Assembly: GCA_964631685.1 (NCBI GenBank)
Contig: CAZVZU010000003.1
Coordinates: 158,127 to 222,126 of the forward strand
Source of the DNA: an uncultured Actinomycetes bacterium
Lineage (GTDB): Bacteria; SZUA-79; Acidulodesulfobacterales; Acidulodesulfobacteraceae
Length of the DNA: 64,000 bases
Reading direction: 5' to 3'
The notes under the pieces are model-generated. The model made no database searches, was not told where the DNA came from, and was given only the letters and a program-made list of their open reading frames with translations. This document shows, one piece after another, positions 10,885-20,774 of this stretch (position 1 is its first letter; the number at the start of each line of letters is the position of its first letter). The position numbers were made by a program, and so were the translations under genes.

Positions 10885-11622
10885 ATGAAAGTAGTTAAAA
10901 ATAGTAATATTAGTGGCATTCTTGTTATGGATAAACCGGAGGGCATGACTTCCTTTGGTGTGGATTCTGTTGTGAAAAAAGAGCTTGACTGTTTAAAGGT
11001 TGGTCATGCAGGGACGTTGGATCCTTTTGCGACGGGGGTACTTCCTCTTCTTATCAATAAAGCGACAAAACTTCAGGATAAGTTCATAAATATTCCAAAA
11101 TCTTATGAGGGTGTTTTTAAAATAGGTATAAGTACGAATACCCTTGATGTTTCAGGAGTGAATGTAGATATTAAGCCGGTTTCACAAACCGAGGTTGCGG
11201 ATATAGCCAACTATTTAAGTAAACTAAAAGGGGATTTTGTTCAAAAGATTCCAATGTTCAGTGCAAAAAAATTTAAGGGTGTTCCGTTATATAAATATGC
11301 AAGGAAGAACATAGCAGTGGATATGGACGATAGCAAAAAGACAAGTGTTGTAAATATTTATGAATTTGATGTAAAATCTTATGATGACTCTTTGATATAT
11401 TTTAAGTGTACAGTTTCTAAAGGTACGTACGCACGGGCTATAGCTCAGGATATAATGGATAAATTTAATATACCTGCCCATTTATACAGTCTTAGAAGGA
11501 CGAGTGCGGGTGGATTTGATATCTGCAATGCCTTGCCCTTTGAATCAATTAAAAAAGGTGCAGATTTTTTAATAGAACATATTATTCCTATGAGTGATAG
11601 CAGTGTTGATAATAGCAAATAG
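10885..11622 (+). CDS. truB: tRNA pseudouridine(55) synthase
   Basis: KVGHAGTLDPFATGVL, PMFSAKK..G.PLYKYAR, SKGTYAR, LRRT. Confidence 0.95.
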   Translation: MKVVKNSNISGILVMDKPEGMTSFGVDSVVKKELDCLKVGHAGTLDPFATGVLPLLINKATKLQDKFINIPKSYEGVFKIGISTNTLDVSGVNVDIKPVSQTEVADIANYLSKLKGDFVQKIPMFSAKKFKGVPLYKYARKNIAVDMDDSKKTSVVNIYEFDVKSYDDSLIYFKCTVSKGTYARAIAQDIMDKFNIPAHLYSLRRTSAGGFDICNALPFESIKKGADFLIEHIIPMSDSSVDNSK

Positions 11623-11669
11623 ATGATAAAGTCTAATATATATAATTAATATCCGGAGGTATCAATTCA

Positions 11670-11939
11670 ATGCCAATTTCAAAAGACGAAAAACAAACAA
11701 TAATTGAAAAGTTTAAAACACATGAAGGGGATTCTGGTTCGGTAGAGGTACAAGTTGCATTACTCACCTATCGCATTAATTTATTGTCTGAGCATTTTAA
11801 AAAATTTGCCAAGGACCACCATTCCAGAAGGGGGCTCTTAAAAATGGTCTCAAGAAGAAGGCACTTACTTGATTATTTAAAAAGAAAGGATGAAGACAGG
11901 TATAAGACCATTATAGGTTCACTTGAGCTTCGAAAATAG
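11670..11939 (+). CDS. rpsO: 30S ribosomal protein S15
   Basis: [26 protein letters not shown]; 89 aa; SD GGAGG. Confidence 0.98.
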   Translation: MPISKDEKQTIIEKFKTHEGDSGSVEVQVALLTYRINLLSEHFKKFAKDHHSRRGLLKMVSRRRHLLDYLKRKDEDRYKTIIGSLELRK

Positions 11940-11983
11940 AAAAATAGGTTTTATTTTAATAATTTTAGATTTACAAAGGAGAC

Positions 11984-14068
11984 ATGATGGTGACTTATGA
12001 TGTAACGAGGAGTTTTACGCTTGATGATAAAAAAATAACTGTTGAGACAGGAAGGCTTGCAAAGCAAGCGTCCGGTAGCGCTTTGGTTACCATTGGAGAT
12101 ACCAAGGTTCTTGTTACGACGTGTATTGATAAAAATATAAAAGAGGGGATTGATTTTCTGCCTCTTACGGTTAATTATGTGGAAAAATTTTATGCCGCAG
12201 GAAGAATTCCCGGGGGTTTCTTTAAAAGAGAAGCAAGGCCATCTGAGAAAGAGGTTTTGACATCCAGGTTCTTAGATAGGCCAATACGGCCACTTTTTCC
12301 CGAAAACTATTTTTTTGGCACTCAGGTAATTGCCACGGTGATTTCTATGGATCAGGAAAATGATCCCGATATGGCGGCAATGTTGGGTGTTTCGTTTTCA
12401 TTAGCACTTTCCGAGGCGCCGTTTAACGGTCCTACCGCAGGCGTTAGAGTTGCAAGAATAGATGGCAATTTTATAGCAGATCCGACTTATAAAGAAATTG
12501 AGGGAAGCGATATCTCTCTTATTATAGCAGGTTCAAAGGATGCGGTAACGATGGTTGAAGGAAGCTTTAACGAGCTTGACGAAGAAGAACTTTTGTCTGC
12601 TATGGAATTTGGACACAATAAAATAAAGGAATTAATAGAATTTCAAAATTCCATTCTTTCCGAGATTGACATCAATAAGATTGAACTGCAGCCGTTAGTA
12701 ATCCCAGACGGACTACGTGAAAAAGTCAAGGAAATTGTCTATAGTGATTTATCTAAAGCCCTCCAGATATCTGCAAAACAGGAAAGAAATGATGCCATAG
12801 CCGATCTCAATGTAAAGGTTATTGAATTGCTTCAAGAATCGCATCCTGAGCAAGAAACGTTAATTAATCATATATTCGAATCCATGCAAAAAGATTTATT
12901 AAGGAAGAGAGTTCTTGATGAAGGGCTAAGGGTTGACGGGAGAGGATTATCCGATATCAGGCCGATTAGCTGCTCTGTAAGTGAACTTCCTATGGCTCAC
13001 GGTAGTGCCATTTTTACAAGAGGAGAAACGCAGGCGCTTGTGGCCATTACACTTGGCACAAAATTTGACGAACAGATTGTAGATGCGCCTGAAAAAGAAT
13101 CTTCTAAGAGATTCATGCTTCATTATAATTTTCCCCCATTCTCGGTTGGAGAGGTTTATCCGTTAAGATCTCCGGGTAGAAGAGAAATAGGTCACGGCTC
13201 ACTTGGTGAAAAGGCATTAAAGTATATTCTGCCTGATTTTGAAGATTTTCCTTATACAATTAGGGTTGTATCTGAGATACTTGAGTCTAATGGTTCTTCC
13301 TCTCAGGCGACAATATGCGGGGGTACTTTAGCTCTCATGGATGCCGGTGTCCCAATAAAAGCTCCTGTGGCTGGAATTGCTATGGGTCTTATAAAGGAAG
13401 GGGATAAAGTTGCAATCCTTTCAGATATTTTGGGTGACGAGGATCACCTCGGGGATATGGATTTTAAAGTGGCGGGAACGGAAAAAGGGGTTACAGCTCT
13501 CCAAATGGATATCAAAATTGACGGTGTTACAGGGGATGTTTTAAGACGTGCGCTTATGCAGGCTAAAGATGGCCGTTTACACATACTTAATATCATGCTT
13601 AAAACGATATCTGAACCGAACAAGGACTTGGCCCAGAACGCTCCTAGAATTGTTACTATAATGGTTAAACCAGAGAAAGTAAGAGAAGTAATAGGTCAGG
13701 GTGGAAAGGTTATCAGGGGGATTATCGAAAAAACAGGAGCCAAGGTTGATATAGACGATACCGGAAAGGTTGTTATTTCATCAATAAATAAGAGTGCCCT
13801 GACTCTTGCTGCCGCTATGATAAGTGATATAGTTCAGGAAGCGGAGATTGGTAAGATTTATAACGGCAAGGTTAGGAAAATAATGGATTTTGGAGCCTTT
13901 GTAGAAATATTCCCCGGAACTGATGGGCTTGTCCATATATCGCAACTTGACAATAAAAGGGTTGAGAAGGTTTCTGACATCTTAAAAGAGGGCGATGATG
14001 TGAAGGTTAAGGTTATAGACGTCGATAGATTTGGGAAAATAAAACTTTCCAGAAAAGAAATCCTATGA
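11984..14068 (+). CDS. pnp: Polyribonucleotide nucleotidyltransferase
   Basis: ETGRLAKQA, FTRGETQ, RREIGHG, ESNGSSS, GDMDFKVAG, KH and S1 domains. Confidence 0.98.
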   Translation: MMVTYDVTRSFTLDDKKITVETGRLAKQASGSALVTIGDTKVLVTTCIDKNIKEGIDFLPLTVNYVEKFYAAGRIPGGFFKREARPSEKEVLTSRFLDRPIRPLFPENYFFGTQVIATVISMDQENDPDMAAMLGVSFSLALSEAPFNGPTAGVRVARIDGNFIADPTYKEIEGSDISLIIAGSKDAVTMVEGSFNELDEEELLSAMEFGHNKIKELIEFQNSILSEIDINKIELQPLVIPDGLREKVKEIVYSDLSKALQISAKQERNDAIADLNVKVIELLQESHPEQETLINHIFESMQKDLLRKRVLDEGLRVDGRGLSDIRPISCSVSELPMAHGSAIFTRGETQALVAITLGTKFDEQIVDAPEKESSKRFMLHYNFPPFSVGEVYPLRSPGRREIGHGSLGEKALKYILPDFEDFPYTIRVVSEILESNGSSSQATICGGTLALMDAGVPIKAPVAGIAMGLIKEGDKVAILSDILGDEDHLGDMDFKVAGTEKGVTALQMDIKIDGVTGDVLRRALMQAKDGRLHILNIMLKTISEPNKDLAQNAPRIVTIMVKPEKVREVIGQGGKVIRGIIEKTGAKVDIDDTGKVVISSINKSALTLAAAMISDIVQEAEIGKIYNGKVRKIMDFGAFVEIFPGTDGLVHISQLDNKRVEKVSDILKEGDDVKVKVIDVDRFGKIKLSRKEIL

Positions 14069-15306
14069 GGAATTTTAAAAAAGAAAAGTTAGAATCAGGA
14101 CTTATACTGCTTACGGAAAAGAAATCTTACTTTAATTCCGTAAGCATAGGATTATGGATTAAAACGGGCAGCGCTTATGAGCCGGTAGCTTTGAGCGGAA
14201 TGTCTCATTTCATAGAACATCTACTCTTTAAGGGGACTAAGAAACGAACATACAGAGATATAAATAAAGAGATTGATTTGATGGGAGGTGCTTTAAATGC
14301 ATTCACCGGAACTGAGTTAACTTGCCTGTATACCCGCGTCCTTTCGGAGAACTATGCTAATGCGATTGATCTCCTGATTGATATCATGTTTAATTCTACT
14401 TTTTTGGAAGGTGAGATAGAAAAAGAAAAAGGTGTTATTTTACAAGAAATTTCAGGTGCATTAGACGACCCATTAGATTATTCCTCGGAACTCTTCCATA
14501 AAAATTTTTATGGAAGTTCCCCGTTTGCTTATCCAATCCTTGGAACCAAAGAAACGGTTGCGTCCTTCGATAGAAAAAAAATATTAGATTATTTTTATTC
14601 AAACTATGCCCCTCAAAATATGGTTATATCGATTGCTGGTAATTTTGACCGCGATAAAGTAGTGAAGTCTATATGCGGTTGTATGGATAAGATTTCGAAA
14701 AGGTTTGTGAATAGGATGTCTGCCATAGAAACCGATACAGCTAAAAATTATGGTGAATTTATTAAGGAAAAAGACCTAGAACAGACCCATGTTTTTATAG
14801 GCTTTGATGGAATAAAAAAAACCGACGAAGATTATTATGCACTAGAGGTTTTAAATACTCTGATAGGGGGGTCTGTAAGTTCTATGCTTTTCCAGGAGGT
14901 AAGGGAAAATAGAGGCCTTGCCTATTCCATTTACTCAAATGCTTCTTTCCATAAATTCGATGGATATATTTATATATATGAAGGCGTTTCTCCTGAGAAG
15001 TTTAAACTCTCTAAGGAACTAATTTTTAATATAATGGATGGGTTAGCCCTAGGCAATATCGGTGATGAAGAGATTATTAATGCAAAAAGGCACGTTTCGG
15101 ATAGTTTTCTACTAGGAACGGAATCCGTAAGCTATACGATGAACGGTAATGCTATAAGTGAAATATATAGAAATAAATATGTTTCCAAGGCGCAGATATT
15201 AAAAAATATAGATTCCGTTGACGGGTTGGCTATAAAAAGGGTTTCAAAGAGACTATTTTCGAATAAAGAAAATAGAAATATTTCAGTTCTAGGCAGGGTT
15301 GCGTAA
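14065..15306 (+). CDS. M16 (pitrilysin) family zinc peptidase
   Basis: HFIEH (HxxEH), LNAFT, LFQEVRENRGLAY; typical position after pnp. Confidence 0.92.
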   Translation: MRNFKKEKLESGLILLTEKKSYFNSVSIGLWIKTGSAYEPVALSGMSHFIEHLLFKGTKKRTYRDINKEIDLMGGALNAFTGTELTCLYTRVLSENYANAIDLLIDIMFNSTFLEGEIEKEKGVILQEISGALDDPLDYSSELFHKNFYGSSPFAYPILGTKETVASFDRKKILDYFYSNYAPQNMVISIAGNFDRDKVVKSICGCMDKISKRFVNRMSAIETDTAKNYGEFIKEKDLEQTHVFIGFDGIKKTDEDYYALEVLNTLIGGSVSSMLFQEVRENRGLAYSIYSNASFHKFDGYIYIYEGVSPEKFKLSKELIFNIMDGLALGNIGDEEIINAKRHVSDSFLLGTESVSYTMNGNAISEIYRNKYVSKAQILKNIDSVDGLAIKRVSKRLFSNKENRNISVLGRVA

Positions 15307-15309
15307 CTT

Positions 15310-15858
15310 ATGGAGACAAAGATTTATTATCCAAAAACTTACGATGTAATTTACCGATCAGGTTATATTATCGGTTTATTGGGTATTGTTTTGTTTGTTT
15401 TTTCTTACCGAGTTTCAAATTGGCAAGGTCTTGATTTGGGTACATCTATCTTTTATTTAGGGTCGTTGATATCAGGAGCATTCCTCTTAGTGTGGAAAAG
15501 AGAAATAAAAATATTTATATTATCCTGCATGATTTTAGGAGTTATTTTCGGCATAAGTTATCTTTTGTTTTTTAAAAATCCAGAGATTGCTGTTATATCT
15601 GCAGGGTTTGTTCTTGTTGGAATGGCCGGTCTTTACGGCAAAGAGGCGCATTGCTTTCATTTTATAGAAGGGTGGATCCTGATGTGGTCGTTCCCGCTGT
15701 TAATTTTTGTGAATTTATTAATTTATGGCTTAGGATTGCAAAATAACAATTCTGCGCATACTACCTTGTTTATAATATATATTATCATTATGCTCTTGGC
15801 ATTATCTTTTTTAATAAAGAAATTAAGACAGCCTCTTATGCAATTTTGTCAAAATTAA
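15310..15858 (+). CDS. Integral membrane protein, DUF2301-like
   Basis: About 6 hydrophobic helices; GKEAHCFHFIEG motif resembles DUF2301 from memory. Confidence 0.55.
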   Translation: METKIYYPKTYDVIYRSGYIIGLLGIVLFVFSYRVSNWQGLDLGTSIFYLGSLISGAFLLVWKREIKIFILSCMILGVIFGISYLLFFKNPEIAVISAGFVLVGMAGLYGKEAHCFHFIEGWILMWSFPLLIFVNLLIYGLGLQNNNSAHTTLFIIYIIIMLLALSFLIKKLRQPLMQFCQN

Positions 15859-15876
15859 GAAGAATAAATTTTTTTA

Positions 15877-15905
15877 TTGAATAATGACTTTAAAGTCATT
15901 ATAAT
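15877..15905 (+). promoter_or_regulatory. Sigma-70 promoter with perfect 22-bp palindromic operator (likely TetR site)
   Basis: TTGAAT(15877-82)-17 bp-TATAAT(15900-05); palindrome ATAATGACTTTAAAGTCATTAT at 15881-15902. Confidence 0.8.
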
Positions 15906-15912
15906 AGTAGAC

Positions 15913-16518
15913 ATGATAGAAAATATTGATAAATATGAACTTATTTTATTGTCTTCTAGAAAATTAATAGAGGAAATCGGGTTTTCGGCTTTAACGATGG
16001 AAAAGGTCGCGCAAAAAGCGGGTATCGCTAAAGGAACGGTCTATATCTACTTTAAGAATAAAAATGAACTTCTAGAGAAAGTACTAGAGCGCGGGTTTGA
16101 AAAAATGTTTAATAGGGTTAGGACAAAAGTTGATGTACAGAAAGATCGCATGGAAAAATTGAGGATTTTAATCTTAGAAAATATTAATCATATTTATGAA
16201 AATAGGTATTTTTTTAAGACTGTTTTTTTGGACGAGATTAATATTGTTTTTTTAAACAAGAAATCACAGGAATCGTTTAATTTAAGAAAAAAAAGATATG
16301 CACATTTCATCGGCGAAATTATTAAATCGGGGATTGAATCTGGCGAGTTTAGACATGATTTAAATCCAGCAAAGGTTGGATATATGATTATTGCTTTAAT
16401 TAAAACAAATGCTATATATAATTTTATTAATAATAAGCATGAATTTACAGAAGAAATAATTAGGGCCGATGCTGAAGAAATATTTAATATGTCAATATAC
16501 GGGATAAATAAGCATTAA
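15913..16518 (+). CDS. TetR/AcrR family transcriptional regulator
   Basis: HTH LTMEKVAQKAGIAKGTVYIYFKNKNEL; ATG15913 is the first start downstream of the -10 box. Confidence 0.92.
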   Translation: MIENIDKYELILLSSRKLIEEIGFSALTMEKVAQKAGIAKGTVYIYFKNKNELLEKVLERGFEKMFNRVRTKVDVQKDRMEKLRILILENINHIYENRYFFKTVFLDEINIVFLNKKSQESFNLRKKRYAHFIGEIIKSGIESGEFRHDLNPAKVGYMIIALIKTNAIYNFINNKHEFTEEIIRADAEEIFNMSIYGINKH

Positions 16519-16535
16519 TACATCCGGAGGATAGA

Positions 16536-17672
16536 ATGCAGGCAAATCAAACAAAAAAAGATCAATTTATTGGATTTAAGATTTCAGGTAGCGCTAAAAT
16601 ATTATTACCTATTCTATTTGTGATTGTTTTGATCTCTGTTTTATCTCTCAGCGCTTGCGGGGAAAAGACGGTTAATCCTGTAGTGAATGTACGCGTGACC
16701 ATTAGTAAGGTTAAAATTATAAGTGCGACGATTTATTTGAAAGAACCGGGTTATTTTTTGCCTTATAAGACTGCAAGTATTGCATCAAGATCGGCAGGAC
16801 AGATTGTTGAAATTATTGCTCGCGATGGTGATTTTGTGAAGGCCGGACAGGTACTGGCAGTCATAGATAGAAAAAAAGCCTATTTTGCAATGGAGCTCCA
16901 AAAAGATATATTAGCAAGAGATAAAGCTGCTTATGCCCTTACTAAATCGACGCTAAAAAGAGATGCAATATTATTTAAAAAGCGGCTATTGACTGCCCTT
17001 AATTACGACAGGGCTGTTTCTATTGTCAGGCAGGCTAAGGGATCTTATAATGCGGCGTTGTCGCTTCTAAATATAGATCGAAAGAATTACGAGGACACGC
17101 TAATAACTACCTTAATTAGCGGCATAGTATACAAAAGACGTATTAATCTTGGAGATTATGTCGTCCCGGGCGAATTGTCGTACAACATAGTTGCACTGAG
17201 GCCATTAGAATTTAAATTTTATATCCCGCAAAGTTATATTCCGTTTATAAACAAAGGTGAAGCTTGTTTTGTAACTATAAAGGGTTATCCCCGTAAAGTC
17301 TTTTCCGGAAATATTTATTTTATAAGCCCTTCATTAAATCCTCAAACAAGGATGGTAGAGATCAAAGCCCTTTTTCTAAATAGCAGGGAACGGATAAGGC
17401 CACAGTATTTTGGTCGGGTTAAATTTTCAATAGGATTTGTACGGAATGGGTTTTTTGTGCCGGAGCCATCCGTCGTAATTACGCTGAAAGGAGACTATCT
17501 ATTTGTTTATAAAAACGGAGTCGTAAAACGAAGGGCTGTATCCGTGGGTATTAATAAGGACGGGTATTTGCAAATTACAAAGGGTATAAGCAAGAATGAT
17601 ATTGTTGTGGTCAGGGGTTCAAACTTAGTGCACGACAACGAACATGTTGTTATAGTAAAGAGGGCTATATGA
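16536..17672 (+). CDS. RND efflux periplasmic adaptor (MFP), lipoprotein
   Basis: Lipobox LSAC, lipoyl motifs DGDFVKAGQVL and GDYVVPGE, ISPSLNPQTRMV. Confidence 0.9.
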   Translation: MQANQTKKDQFIGFKISGSAKILLPILFVIVLISVLSLSACGEKTVNPVVNVRVTISKVKIISATIYLKEPGYFLPYKTASIASRSAGQIVEIIARDGDFVKAGQVLAVIDRKKAYFAMELQKDILARDKAAYALTKSTLKRDAILFKKRLLTALNYDRAVSIVRQAKGSYNAALSLLNIDRKNYEDTLITTLISGIVYKRRINLGDYVVPGELSYNIVALRPLEFKFYIPQSYIPFINKGEACFVTIKGYPRKVFSGNIYFISPSLNPQTRMVEIKALFLNSRERIRPQYFGRVKFSIGFVRNGFFVPEPSVVITLKGDYLFVYKNGVVKRRAVSVGINKDGYLQITKGISKNDIVVVRGSNLVHDNEHVVIVKRAI

Positions 17673-20600
17673 AAATATCTGATATTTCCATTAAACGGCC
17701 TGTTTTTGCGGTAATGATGGTTGGAATTTTTGTTGTTTTGGGTATGTTCGGGTATTTTGCTCTTGCCGTAAATCTTTATCCAAATATTCAGTTTCCAATA
17801 ATAACCATCACAACGACCTTACCCGGCGCAAGTCCGAAAGAAATGGAGCTCGATGTTACTAAAAAGATAGAAGATGCTGTGAATTCAGCCTCTGGTATAA
17901 AGCATATAATGTCCACTAGTAGCGTTGGAACAAGTGTCGTAATTGTGGAGTTTCACCTTAATCAGAATATTGCCCATCGTTATCAAACCGTTATTGCGGA
18001 TGTGGATGCTATATTAGACAAACTTCCTAAGAATATCAATACGCCCGTCATCAAAAAGCTAAATATTAATTCTTCTCCTATTATGTGGATAGCTTTATCG
18101 GGTAATAGGTCTAAGAGATTTTTGTCGTTTTATGCTCAAAAGGTTCTTAAAAGAAAATTCGAAAGGCTTCCGGGCGTTGGCCAGATTATTGTCAGTGGAG
18201 CCAGAAGCAGAAGAATGATCTTTTATGTAAATAATAACGAGATGATATCCCACGGTCTTGGTGTTAATCAGATTATTAACGCAATTAAGTCTCAAAGCGT
18301 TTCGCTGCCTACAGGGAATTTAAAAACGGATACTAAGACATATTTTATGTATCTTAAGGGTAGACTTCATACTGCGAAGGCATTCAACCGGATGATAATT
18401 AGTAATTATCAGGGAGCGCCCATTAGATTTTCACAGATAGGGCATGCCGTAAATTCCGAAGCTCCAGAAACCTCAATTACGACCTTTGACGGTAAGCCGA
18501 CCGTTGGGTTGGGACTTACAATAAAAACTCACGCTAATGCCGTAAAGGTTGCTGCCGAGGCAATAGATCTTTTGAATCTAATAAGACCGTCTTTGCCGCA
18601 GGGAATTAAGGCGCATGTGGCATATAATAGCGCTACCTATATAAAAAAATCTATATCTAATGTTGAGTTTGATATAATTTGGGGAGCTTTCTTGACCGTG
18701 CTTGTAATATTTTTCTTTTTGAAAGATACGAGAACTACTATTATAGCCGCAACCGCTTTGCCTGCTGCAATCATTTCATCTTTCGGTTTCTTGCATCTCA
18801 TGAATTTTTCTCTTAACAATATGACCATGCTGGCCCTATCTTTGTCGGTAGGTCTTTTAATAGATGATGCCATTGTTGTTCTCGAAAACATATATAGGCA
18901 TGTCGAAGGTGGAGAGGATAGGCTGTCCGCTTCGTCTAATTCTATGAATGAGATAGGCATTGCAGTAATGGCAACTACGTTTTCCATAGTCGCAGTTTTT
19001 GTTCCGGTTGCGTTTATGCCGGGCATGATAGGAAGATTTTTTTATGAATTCGGTTTGACTGTTGCTTTTGCAGTTTTGGTTTCATTGTTTGTTTCTTTTA
19101 CGCTTACGCCAATGTTGTCGTCTCGGTTTATTATTCATAAAAAAGAACACGGTTATTTATTTATGCTTCTTGAAAATTTCATGAAGAAAATAACTGATAT
19201 CTACAGAATAATGATCGACTGGAGCTTGAAGCATAGATTGATAGTTATTTTGTCGGCGTTGTTTGTATTTATTTTTTCGTTATATTTAGCACAGTATGTT
19301 GGAAAAGAGATGATGCCGCCGTCAAATTCGGGGAATTTTCTTGTTTATTTTCAGGCTCCGGAGGGTACAAGTGTAAGTGTTATGAAGAAATATTCAAATA
19401 ATTTATATAAAATAGTCAAAAATATCCCGTTTGAAAAGTCTATTTTTATGGCTACGGGGGCAGGTGTCGATGCTTCAAGGCATAAAGGATTATTTTTTAT
19501 CTCTTTGAAAAACAACAGAAACTTGAGCCAGCAAAGGGTAATGGATATTGTTAGAAGAAGAATATCCATTGTTCCGGGTGTTACTACGCAAGTTATGGAC
19601 ATGCCGATAGTCGGCGGGGCATCTTCTAATGTTTCTCCTCTTCAGGTTATTATAATGGGTCCAAGTATTGAGAAAACCGTAGCCTATGCTAATAAGCTTT
19701 TAAGCGATATGAAGCATACGTCCGGACTTGTTGACGTGACATCTAATATGCAGTTTCGTCAGCCCGAGCTTTTAATTCATGTGAATAGGAATATTGCAGG
19801 GAGTCTCGGGGTAAGCGTCTCTTCTATTGCGCAAACTTTGGGCGTGCTTATAGGTGGCAATATAAACATATTTAAAAATTATAATTTTTTATATAAAGGA
19901 CATATCTATAATCAACAATTAAGACTTTTTAAAAATGAAAGGAACCATATAGGGGATATAAAAAATCTTTATGTTTCCAATGACAGGGGTGTTCTAATTC
20001 CATTATCCGATTTAGTAACCGTCAAAAAGACGATCGGACCTCAGGTTATCAACAGAAGAGATCTTGGTAATTCGGTTACGATTTATGCCAACATGTCTAA
20101 TCATGTTCCGTTGAGTTATGGGGTTAAAAGGGTCAGAGCATATATGTCCCGTATTATACCGAAAAAATCGTTATATTCATACCAATTTAGTGGGTTAGCT
20201 TCGAAAATGAATCAATCGTTTAGCGCTATGGGTTCGACATTGCTACTAGCATTAATTATAATATATATGATCCTTGCTTCTTTATATGATAGCTTTATAG
20301 ATCCATTGGTTATCATGGTTTCTGTTCCGTTTGCGCTGATTGGTGCGATAGGAGCACTACTGTTAACGCATAAGGCGCTGAGCGTGATTGCGCTCATAGG
20401 CGTTATCTTGCTAATAGGTCTTGTTATAAAAAATGCCATACTGTTAGTAGATTTTATAATATTATCGAGAGAAAAGGGTCTGAGCGAACATGACTCTATT
20501 ATTGAGGCGGGAAGCATAAGACTTAGGCCCATCTTAATGACTACGCTTGCGATGATTTTTGGCATGCTTCCCATAGCTACCGGTCTTGGTATCGGGTCTT

Positions 20601-20740
20601 CCTCCAGAGCGCCTATGGCAATAGATGTTATAGGCGGACTTTTAACCTCCATGTTTCTTACTTTACTTGTGATTCCCGTTTTATATTCATACGTTGATAA
20701 TCTTAAGGGATTTTCAAGAAGGATATTTCTAAAAGGATAA
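17669..20740 (+). CDS. RND efflux transporter permease (AcrB/HAE1 family)
   Basis: 1023 aa; SIKRPVFA, GLLIDDAIVVLENI, KNAILLVD, RLRPILMTT. Confidence 0.95.
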   Translation: MKISDISIKRPVFAVMMVGIFVVLGMFGYFALAVNLYPNIQFPIITITTTLPGASPKEMELDVTKKIEDAVNSASGIKHIMSTSSVGTSVVIVEFHLNQNIAHRYQTVIADVDAILDKLPKNINTPVIKKLNINSSPIMWIALSGNRSKRFLSFYAQKVLKRKFERLPGVGQIIVSGARSRRMIFYVNNNEMISHGLGVNQIINAIKSQSVSLPTGNLKTDTKTYFMYLKGRLHTAKAFNRMIISNYQGAPIRFSQIGHAVNSEAPETSITTFDGKPTVGLGLTIKTHANAVKVAAEAIDLLNLIRPSLPQGIKAHVAYNSATYIKKSISNVEFDIIWGAFLTVLVIFFFLKDTRTTIIAATALPAAIISSFGFLHLMNFSLNNMTMLALSLSVGLLIDDAIVVLENIYRHVEGGEDRLSASSNSMNEIGIAVMATTFSIVAVFVPVAFMPGMIGRFFYEFGLTVAFAVLVSLFVSFTLTPMLSSRFIIHKKEHGYLFMLLENFMKKITDIYRIMIDWSLKHRLIVILSALFVFIFSLYLAQYVGKEMMPPSNSGNFLVYFQAPEGTSVSVMKKYSNNLYKIVKNIPFEKSIFMATGAGVDASRHKGLFFISLKNNRNLSQQRVMDIVRRRISIVPGVTTQVMDMPIVGGASSNVSPLQVIIMGPSIEKTVAYANKLLSDMKHTSGLVDVTSNMQFRQPELLIHVNRNIAGSLGVSVSSIAQTLGVLIGGNINIFKNYNFLYKGHIYNQQLRLFKNERNHIGDIKNLYVSNDRGVLIPLSDLVTVKKTIGPQVINRRDLGNSVTIYANMSNHVPLSYGVKRVRAYMSRIIPKKSLYSYQFSGLASKMNQSFSAMGSTLLLALIIIYMILASLYDSFIDPLVIMVSVPFALIGAIGALLLTHKALSVIALIGVILLIGLVIKNAILLVDFIILSREKGLSEHDSIIEAGSIRLRPILMTTLAMIFGMLPIATGLGIGSSSRAPMAIDVIGGLLTSMFLTLLVIPVLYSYVDNLKGFSRRIFLKG

Positions 20741-20774
20741 AATTTTTCCTAATCTTTTTAATAAATAATGAGAA

